Assembly: GCA_030149205.1 (NCBI GenBank)
Contig: JASBSB010000001.1
Coordinates: forward strand, 270,001 to 302,000
DNA length: 32,000 bases
Source: Candidatus Heimdallarchaeota archaeon
GTDB lineage: Archaea > Asgardarchaeota > Heimdallarchaeia > Heimdallarchaeales > Kariarchaeaceae
Direction: 5' to 3'
Made by a program: the position numbers and the translations under genes. Shown piece after piece: positions 16,395 to 23,654 of the stretch. The notes below the pieces were generated by a model. That model saw nothing but the letters and a program-made list of their open reading frames with translations. It searched no databases and was not told where the DNA came from. Each line of letters starts with the position of its first letter. The first letter of the stretch is position 1.

Positions 16395-17510
16395 ATGCAA
16401 ATGTACGAAGATTGGAATAAAAATGATGATCGAGGAAATGTACTGAGCCAGAATGAAGCCAGAGTTCTGCATTCATTAATTAAGTGGCCAGACTTAACAG
16501 ATCAAGCAGTTCATTCCCAAATAGGAATGAAAAAATCAACTTTCTCCTCAATTAAAACACGACTAAAAGAGAATGGGTTCTACAAGCGATATTATGTCCC
16601 TAATTTTCCTAAAATTGGTCTTGAGCTATTGGTATCAATGCATGGAAACCTTAACAGGTTTACAACACTAGAGGAGAGAATGAGAGTTGCAAAAGACCTT
16701 TTGGAAAGTTTCGTTGAGGATTTTCACATCGCGTCGGAATCAAATAAAGCTTTTAATCTGTCTGCAAGTCAAAATCTGACAGAATATTCAAAAAACCAAG
16801 AAAAATTCATTCAGTTATACTCAGACAATAAATTTCTAGATAAAAATGGAATGAAAGTTGTCTATTTCCCCTTTGAAATAAGCAGAATTAGAGCATTTAT
16901 GGATTATGAGAGTTTGGTTGCGAAAACCTTTGGATTTGCCTCTGATCCATATGACAAAAGAAAGACAATCCCCTCAGGAAAAGTCAAGCCAACTAAATTA
17001 ACTAAGGCGGAAAAGAAAGTACTTGCTGGATTAGTACAGTTTCCAGAAGAATCTGACACTTTAATTGCTGAGCAAGTTGGTGTTTCAAGAAATACAGTTG
17101 CTAATGCAAAAAGAAAATTTTTAAATCAGAATATTTGTTTTCCTAGGGCTGTTCCAGACCTACAGAAGCTTGGTATGAAGATATTAGTTTTCTCTTACAG
17201 AAAATTTAACCCACGAACTACAATGAAACAAAGAGAAGAGGCTGCAGAGATGGTAAGAAACCTTTTATCTCCATTTTTCTATGTATCCAAAAACTTGGAT
17301 GGATTCTTAATTTCCGCACATAGATCATTTGAGGAGTACAACACTGCGCATGATGAAATTATGAGATATTATCTTAAACATGATTACATTATCGATGAGC
17401 CAGTTTCATACACAATGACCATAAACAACATTCACTTCATTAAGGAATATGAATTTTTACCTTTAACCTTGAAAACGCTTGGATTTACAAAAGCACTCAA
17501 TCAAAGTTAA
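16395..17510 (+). CDS. Tandem-duplicated Lrp/AsnC-like transcriptional regulator
   Basis: Two similar halves: LSQNEARVLHSLIKWPDLTDQAVHSQIGMKKSTFSSIKTRL...VPNFPKIGLELL and LTKAEKKVLAGLVQFPEESDTLIAEQVGVSRNTVANAKRKF...VPDLQKLGMKIL; HTH followed by the Lrp-type linker. Confidence 0.8.
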   Translation: MQMYEDWNKNDDRGNVLSQNEARVLHSLIKWPDLTDQAVHSQIGMKKSTFSSIKTRLKENGFYKRYYVPNFPKIGLELLVSMHGNLNRFTTLEERMRVAKDLLESFVEDFHIASESNKAFNLSASQNLTEYSKNQEKFIQLYSDNKFLDKNGMKVVYFPFEISRIRAFMDYESLVAKTFGFASDPYDKRKTIPSGKVKPTKLTKAEKKVLAGLVQFPEESDTLIAEQVGVSRNTVANAKRKFLNQNICFPRAVPDLQKLGMKILVFSYRKFNPRTTMKQREEAAEMVRNLLSPFFYVSKNLDGFLISAHRSFEEYNTAHDEIMRYYLKHDYIIDEPVSYTMTINNIHFIKEYEFLPLTLKTLGFTKALNQS

Positions 17511-17539
17511 GTTATCCTAATTCACCCCATAATCTAAAT

Positions 17540-19324
17540 TTATTGCCCCTGTCGTTTGAACCATGATTCTAACTTTGAATGAGATATCCGAATAATCGTT
17601 GGTCTACCATGAGCACATGTCCAAGGAGAATTGCACTTAAGCAAATTTGAAAGAATTTCAGCAACTTTTCGTTCACTTACAGGGTATCCAGACCTAACTG
17701 CTCCATGACAAGCCAATCGAGATACAACACGATATTCAATTGCATTAAACTTGGAAGAGATCTCAATATTCGTGTCTGCAGTTAGAAAATCGTTAATCAA
17801 TTTATGAAGACTATCTTTGTCAAGTCTTTGGTCATAATACACAGGAACTCCATGTATCAATATTGTTGAGGTTAAGTGCTGAATACTGTATTGAAATCCA
17901 AACTTTTGAAACGTGTCCTGAAGTTCAACTAAAAGATCTAGTTCTCCTGAATTGATTGATACGGAAACTGGTTTAAGGAAGGTCTGTGACATTACTAGAC
18001 TTTCTCGATGTTCTTGATATCTCTCAAATTTGACTCTCTCATCTGATGCATGAACATCCATCAACCAAAGTTCAGAGTCTTTTTCAATTAATGCGAATTT
18101 ATTAAAAATATGTCCTAAAACTCTAAAACCTCCTTGAACAAAAACCGCCCTTGTGTGGTTGACCGAATTATTTTGAGGTGTTATCTCCTCCAAAGAAGTT
18201 TGTACAAATGATTCTCCTGGAATAACCTCTTTTGTAGAAATTAAAGGTTCATAACCTTCTTGTAAATCTATTTCTGCATTAGAAACATTTGGAGCTTTCT
18301 TATGAGGTAACTGCTGTATTTCAGATTTTTCTACCAAGGTTTCTTGAACCAATGTAGAGATTTCGTGAAAAATTGGGTCATCCTCCCTAAATCTTACCTC
18401 CAGTTTCTGTGGATGTATATTATAGTCAACAAGATTGTAATCTCCCTTCAATGATAAGATTATTACAGGGTAATTGCTTTTCAATAATTGGGACCCATAA
18501 GCTCGTTCGATTTGAGTTACCAATTCTGTATTCCTAATCAATCTACCGTTTATACTTAGATACTGAAATTTTCGGTCTTTTCTTACAAGAATGGGTTTAG
18601 AGATATACCCTGTTATTTTCCAATATCCTACATTGCCTCTGATTGGTACTAATCCTGAGGTGATTTCTGGACCAAAAACATCAAACAATACTGCTAAAAG
18701 CTCTTTTCTGGTTGGACTCTCCAATACGCTTGACACTGTATTCCCCTTCCTTTCACCTACTGTGAAATGAATATCTGGGTAGGTTAAACAGAAATGTGTC
18801 ATCACAGTTAAGATGTGTCTCTTCTCTGTAGCAACTGATTTTAAAAATTTTCTCCTAGCAGGATAGTTATGAAATAATCCACTTATCTCAATTCTGGTTC
18901 CTTTGCTCATTCTTACCTGGTTTTGAGAGATAATTCGCAGATTTTCCATTATGAGCTCACTGCCAAATTCTTCTGACTCAACCTTTGATCGTATTTTGAC
19001 ACGAGAAACACTTCCAATCGATGAAAGTGCTTCTCCTCTAAACCCTAGGGTTGAAACATTATGAATATTATCTTGAGTAATTTTACTTGATGTATGAAGT
19101 TCAAATGCAAGTTTTAATTCTCCTGGCTGTATTCCTTCACCATTATCCTCAACAATCATCCTGTCAATGCCACCATTCTCCAGAATAACCGCAATTTTTG
19201 AAGCATGGGCATCAATGGAATTTTCAACCAACTCTTTTACCGCATCGGCTGGACGAGTAATTACCTCACCAGCTGCGATTTGCCTTATTATTTCTTCTGG
19301 AATTAGATGGATCTTATTTGCCAT
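17540..19324 (-). CDS. mutL: DNA mismatch repair protein MutL (endonuclease-motif type)
   Basis: IAAGEVITRP, VKELVENSIDA, DNGEGI, TLGFRGEALSSI, YNIHPQKLEVRF; CTD motifs DVHASDERVKFE, ACHGA, CAHGRP, WFKR. Start ATG 19324 has GGTGA 8 nt upstream and overlaps the mutS 3' end. Confidence 0.97.
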   Translation of the reverse strand: MANKIHLIPEEIIRQIAAGEVITRPADAVKELVENSIDAHASKIAVILENGGIDRMIVEDNGEGIQPGELKLAFELHTSSKITQDNIHNVSTLGFRGEALSSIGSVSRVKIRSKVESEEFGSELIMENLRIISQNQVRMSKGTRIEISGLFHNYPARRKFLKSVATEKRHILTVMTHFCLTYPDIHFTVGERKGNTVSSVLESPTRKELLAVLFDVFGPEITSGLVPIRGNVGYWKITGYISKPILVRKDRKFQYLSINGRLIRNTELVTQIERAYGSQLLKSNYPVIILSLKGDYNLVDYNIHPQKLEVRFREDDPIFHEISTLVQETLVEKSEIQQLPHKKAPNVSNAEIDLQEGYEPLISTKEVIPGESFVQTSLEEITPQNNSVNHTRAVFVQGGFRVLGHIFNKFALIEKDSELWLMDVHASDERVKFERYQEHRESLVMSQTFLKPVSVSINSGELDLLVELQDTFQKFGFQYSIQHLTSTILIHGVPVYYDQRLDKDSLHKLINDFLTADTNIEISSKFNAIEYRVVSRLACHGAVRSGYPVSERKVAEILSNLLKCNSPWTCAHGRPTIIRISHSKLESWFKRQGQ

Positions 19325-22067
19325 TGGGGGTTTCACCTAAGAGTGACTTCAGGTCATTTAATATTTCTAACGCTTTTAATGGTGTGATATTGTCAAGGGA
19401 AAGGTGAGATAGAGTTGCTAATATTTCGAGTTCTTCTGGTGACCTGAGTAATACATCCTTTTTATGTTTGGAAACTCTTTTCTTTTCAACTAAGGGTCGG
19501 CCTAGGCTTGATCCACCAAAAAAATCGACCAGGGATCCTTGTTTTTCCTGTTCTTCAGACACTCGTATGACCTGAGATGCAAATGATTCTGATTTTTCTG
19601 TTGGAATAACAGAGACTGATTGATTCTCCATTTGGTGCAAAAGAAATCTTGCACGAAGAATGATCTCTTTAGGTATTCCTGCTAGTTTTGCTACTTCTAC
19701 CCCAAAACTCTTGTCAGAGGAACCCTTAAAGAGAAGATGGTCAAAAATTGGTTTTTCACCATCAAAGTGTATTTGAAAATGAAAGTTCATACATCTATCT
19801 AAATACCCTTCCAAATCAGCTAATTGATGATAATGAGTGGCAATCATTGTGAGTGGACGGTTTTGGTGATTGTGGAGAAATTCTGCCAAAGACCATGCGA
19901 TTGCCAAACCATCATAAGTTGATGTCCCTCGTCCAATTTCGTCTGCAATTATTAGAGATTGTGAGGTACAATTATTCACCATATTAGCAACATCAAGCAT
20001 CTCAACAAGGAATGTGCTTTGCCCTGCGATTAGGTTATCTGAAGCTCCAATTCGGGTGAAAATTCTGTCAAATATTCCCAGTCGAGCCTTTTTAGCTGGA
20101 ACAAACATACCAATCTGAGACAATATACTGATCAATGCTAACATCCGGAGCAGTGAGCTCTTTCCACTAAAGTTTGGACCCGTGATAATGAGTAGTGTTT
20201 GCGATTTCTTATCCATGAAAATATCATTGGGTACATACCTCCCACCATCCAAAAAGGTCTCGATTATGGGATGCCTTCCCTGTTCAATATAAACTTCAGT
20301 CTTATTACTGAGCTCTGGTTTTACATAAGCATTTGTGAGTGAAATATATGAAAAAGTGGATAAAACGTCCAACTCTGATATTATCGATGACAATTCCTGT
20401 AGTCTGCTAACATGCTTTGACAAAGAGCTTAGAAGATTATTATAGAGCTCTTCCTCCAATTGGATTATTTCTATCTCAGCGTTTAATATATCATTTTCCC
20501 AATCCTTGAGTTCATCAGTAACAAATCTGACGGCATTTACCATTGCCTGTCTCCGGATATAGTTTGATGGAACATTATTTTCGTTCTTCCTTGTGACTTC
20601 GATATAGTAACCAAGTTGTCTGTTTTGTTTTATTTTTAAACTTGTAATTCCGGTTTGCTCTATTTGACTTTCCTTGTATCTCTCTATCCATTTTTCCCCT
20701 TCACTTAACACTTGAACCAGACTAGCTAATCGATCGTTAATGTTTTGATTAATGACTCTACCCTCTGATGGTGAACTTGCTGGATTATTCACGAGATATT
20801 TTTCTATCATCGTTTGAATATCTAAGCAAGTGTCAAACTTTGGCAGATAATTATCAAGACACTTGTAAGTTGTACTATGTGACTCCAGAATTTCTAATAA
20901 TTCTGGTGTCCGGCTCAAACTCATAGATAGTTGAATCAGCTCTTTGGGTTTAGCGATTCCTAAGGAGATACGTGTAGAAATCCTCTCTATATCTGCCATA
21001 TGAGTCAATAGATTACGGGTCTTATGTTGAATAATCTCTTCTTTGATAAAAAATTCCACCAATAAGTGTCTAGTCTCAATCTCTTTACTATTTAATAGTG
21101 GACTGTGAATCCATTTTCTGAGTCTACGCCCACCCATAGGAGTACAAGTTTTATCCAGCAAACCAACTAGTGTACCATATTCTGTTTTATCTTGATTATT
21201 TTCAAACAGCTCCAAACTTTTAATTGCTGTTCTGTTTAAATTCATGTGAACTTCAGGTTTAATCAGCTGAATTTTAGAGATATTAGATAACTCTCTCATC
21301 TGAGTCTCTTCAAGGTATCTGAGTAAGGCTCCTGAACTCCCAACTACCTCTGAATCAACCTTTATTCCATATCCTTCAAGTGATTTTACTTGAAAATGAG
21401 TTGTTAAAAGTTCATTTGCTTCAGTGTAATTAAACCAAAAGTCGGCACGAAGTGTTAATGTTTCATTTTCATCTAGTTTTCTACCCAACAACAACTTCAA
21501 GGAATTTTCAAGTGAATCTGGGACTAAGTACTCAACCGGTGAGTACCTATCAATGATAGTATGGAGATTTTCGAAATCATTTTCCTCCAGATTTTTAACC
21601 ATAAACTCCCCACACGATAAATCGGCTAAAGAAACACCAATTTCTTTTGTTGTCGAGTTCCAACTAAGTGAACAAATATAATTGTTTTTTCCCGAGGTCA
21701 GTAACTCCTCCTCCACAAGTGTACCACGTGTTACCACTCGAGTGATACCTCTTTTAACAACCCCCTTAACAGATTTCGGATCCTCTAGTTGGTCTGCAAT
21801 AGCAACTTTGTAGCCTTTGTTAACCAGTCTACCGATGTAAGAATCAACACTCCGAAAAGGTACCCCTGCAAGCGGATGATCACCATCCCCTAGAGACCTG
21901 GAGGTTAAGACAATATCTAACTCCTTTGAACCAACAACAGCATCCTCATAGAATAGTTCATAAAAATCCCCAACCCTGCAAAAGAGAATTACGTCTTCAC
22001 CTAGCTCTTTTTTCATCTGAACCCATTGCTTCATCATAGGTGTAGTTCCGATCTTATCGTAATCCAT
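19314..22067 (-). CDS. mutS: DNA mismatch repair protein MutS (MutS1, bacterial type) with C-terminal PIP box
   Basis: TPMMKQW, RVGDFYELFYEDA (mismatch-binding Phe-x-Glu), ITGPNFSGKSS, RIFTRIGASDNL, STFLVEM, DEIGRGTSTYDG, ATHYHQL, SFGVEVAKLAGIP; ATG 22067 preferred over TTG 22070. Confidence 0.97.
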   Translation of the reverse strand: MDYDKIGTTPMMKQWVQMKKELGEDVILFCRVGDFYELFYEDAVVGSKELDIVLTSRSLGDGDHPLAGVPFRSVDSYIGRLVNKGYKVAIADQLEDPKSVKGVVKRGITRVVTRGTLVEEELLTSGKNNYICSLSWNSTTKEIGVSLADLSCGEFMVKNLEENDFENLHTIIDRYSPVEYLVPDSLENSLKLLLGRKLDENETLTLRADFWFNYTEANELLTTHFQVKSLEGYGIKVDSEVVGSSGALLRYLEETQMRELSNISKIQLIKPEVHMNLNRTAIKSLELFENNQDKTEYGTLVGLLDKTCTPMGGRRLRKWIHSPLLNSKEIETRHLLVEFFIKEEIIQHKTRNLLTHMADIERISTRISLGIAKPKELIQLSMSLSRTPELLEILESHSTTYKCLDNYLPKFDTCLDIQTMIEKYLVNNPASSPSEGRVINQNINDRLASLVQVLSEGEKWIERYKESQIEQTGITSLKIKQNRQLGYYIEVTRKNENNVPSNYIRRQAMVNAVRFVTDELKDWENDILNAEIEIIQLEEELYNNLLSSLSKHVSRLQELSSIISELDVLSTFSYISLTNAYVKPELSNKTEVYIEQGRHPIIETFLDGGRYVPNDIFMDKKSQTLLIITGPNFSGKSSLLRMLALISILSQIGMFVPAKKARLGIFDRIFTRIGASDNLIAGQSTFLVEMLDVANMVNNCTSQSLIIADEIGRGTSTYDGLAIAWSLAEFLHNHQNRPLTMIATHYHQLADLEGYLDRCMNFHFQIHFDGEKPIFDHLLFKGSSDKSFGVEVAKLAGIPKEIILRARFLLHQMENQSVSVIPTEKSESFASQVIRVSEEQEKQGSLVDFFGGSSLGRPLVEKKRVSKHKKDVLLRSPEELEILATLSHLSLDNITPLKALEILNDLKSLLGETPNGK

Positions 22068-22130
22068 CAATAAATGAACTAGATTAGGGTGTATTTAATT
22101 AATTTCTATAGAAAATCGTTTTCTGTGAAC

Positions 22131-23066
22131 TTAAAACCATTCATCAAGTGAGAATTGACTTTCGACCTGAGCATTATTAATGAATTCAATTTCGCAACCA
22201 ATGAGTTCTTTTGTATTTAATGTGTAATAATAGTTCCCAGATTTTATGATCAACAGTGCTCCCTTAATCGCAACTATCTTCCCTCCTGCCTCTTTATTTG
22301 GTGATAGGTCAAAGTGTTGAACATAACTTGGGATCTCACCAAGATTTCCAAAATATTCCTCTAAATAAATAATATCCGGATTCTCAAATACTTTACCCTG
22401 AATGTGTTTTTCATTTTGAACCCCTTTTGCAATGGACAAAGCTTCCTCCACTAACTTTCTGAATTCATCAGAATTAAAATTTTCCAGTTTCAAGTTTGAT
22501 CTTTTCTTTTTTGATGAAACCTGTAATTTTACTGGTAATGCCCTGTTAACCTCTTGTTCCACTGCTCTTGCTTCTAGTCCGGGTAGCAGAGCAATTTTCG
22601 TGGCAACATCACTTCCCTGTTCAAGCCATCTTCTTTTTACAGAGAGTGAAACCCCTACTTTATCTATTCCAGCAATGTTTGTTACATATACTGCGGTGTT
22701 GGGAGGTGTACAAAGTTCCTTTGCCCTTGGTGATGAAGGATTACAGATGACTCCAGTACAAGTAGATCTACAGAGAAAAAAATCAGATCGAACACATAGC
22801 AAACATCTATGGTTTCTGACTGAAGGGTTTGTTTTGTAAGTTTCTGATTTTTCTGAACTGTGCATCTGGTTTTGAATACAGGATCTATATTTTCCTTTTT
22901 CTACCTCTCCCCCGATACAAAGCCCTTTGTTAAGTACTCTAATCTGGATTTCATCACCAATCTTAATTTCCTTTCGAGTTATATCTCCAGACACTGTATC
23001 AGAATAGATTAAAAAAGTTTGAACTGGGTTTGGTTGCCATTGCAGCTTAATAAACAGATAACTCAT
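22131..23066 (-). CDS. DUF2797-like protein: Cys-rich region plus GIY-YIG-like module and C-terminal PIP box
   Basis: Eight Cys in the N-half; VYVT...KVGVS...RRWLEQG...A...GLEARAVEQ; C-terminal KIVAIKGALL strand; ends QFSLDEWF*. Confidence 0.8.
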   Translation of the reverse strand: MSYLFIKLQWQPNPVQTFLIYSDTVSGDITRKEIKIGDEIQIRVLNKGLCIGGEVEKGKYRSCIQNQMHSSEKSETYKTNPSVRNHRCLLCVRSDFFLCRSTCTGVICNPSSPRAKELCTPPNTAVYVTNIAGIDKVGVSLSVKRRWLEQGSDVATKIALLPGLEARAVEQEVNRALPVKLQVSSKKKRSNLKLENFNSDEFRKLVEEALSIAKGVQNEKHIQGKVFENPDIIYLEEYFGNLGEIPSYVQHFDLSPNKEAGGKIVAIKGALLIIKSGNYYYTLNTKELIGCEIEFINNAQVESQFSLDEWF

Positions 23067-23071
23067 TTATA

Positions 23072-23473
23072 TTATCTAATTCTATCTTGACTTGTTAAAG
23101 CATTCGTTATTAGTTCTGAGAGTTCTAGATCTAGGTAAGTGTCATTAAGCTGTGCTTTAAAGGCTTCATTCACCACTGATTTATCAACATAGGGTGTTAG
23201 AGTCTCTACAAGTTGTTTTTTCACAAAATTGTTTGTTTCCACCTTCATACGATCTAAGAGGTCAGGAATTACTGATTCTAGATCTATCCAACTCAAACTT
23301 TGAACTGCCACTACTCGTACCAAGTAGTAAGTATCATTAAGCGCCAACAGTAGAGGAGGGACACACTCCTTTGTTCTTATCCTTCCAAGCCTTTGAACCG
23401 CTTTTACTCTCCTCTCCGGTGAACCATAAGACAATATCTCGATATTCTCCTGGAGTTCCTTAGAAAGAGCCAT
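23072..23473 (-). CDS. HEAT-repeat (PBS lyase-like) protein
   Basis: ERRVKAVQRLGRI..VPPLLLALND.YYLVRVVAVQSLSWI..VIPDLLD..NFVKKQLVETL; stop is 5 bp from the DUF2797 start. Confidence 0.85.
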   Translation of the reverse strand: MALSKELQENIEILSYGSPERRVKAVQRLGRIRTKECVPPLLLALNDTYYLVRVVAVQSLSWIDLESVIPDLLDRMKVETNNFVKKQLVETLTPYVDKSVVNEAFKAQLNDTYLDLELSELITNALTSQDRIR

Positions 23474-23497
23474 CTAAGCAATAAGATAGGGCGTTCA

Positions 23498-23504
23498 TTT
23501 TAAA
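23498..23504 (-). promoter_or_regulatory. Putative TATA box for the HEAT-DUF2797-mutS-mutL unit
   Basis: Minus-strand TTTAAAA about 25 bp before the HEAT gene ATG 23473. Confidence 0.4.
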
Positions 23505-23644
23505 GGTATGTTGTCACACTTGAACAATTCAAAATAATTAAATAAAGTGGAAACAAAAGATATTTTTGTTTAGGTTGGTTATTTACCACACGAAAGTATA
23601 GTATAAGTTAAATGAGTATTGATGTAATGGAACTTACTCAGTCT

Positions 23645-23650
23645 GGTGAT
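23645..23650 (+). promoter_or_regulatory. Shine-Dalgarno-like motif GGTGAT preceding the proposed ATT start of rpo5
   Basis: GGTGAT 4 nt before ATT 23655; GGTG-type motifs also precede mutL and mdh in this window. Confidence 0.5.
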
Positions 23651-23654
23651 ATAG

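Noticed and set aside
19314-22067. MutS2 or MutS5-type (recombination) protein
   Set aside because: Has the MutS1 mismatch-binding domain with FYE and no Smr domain.
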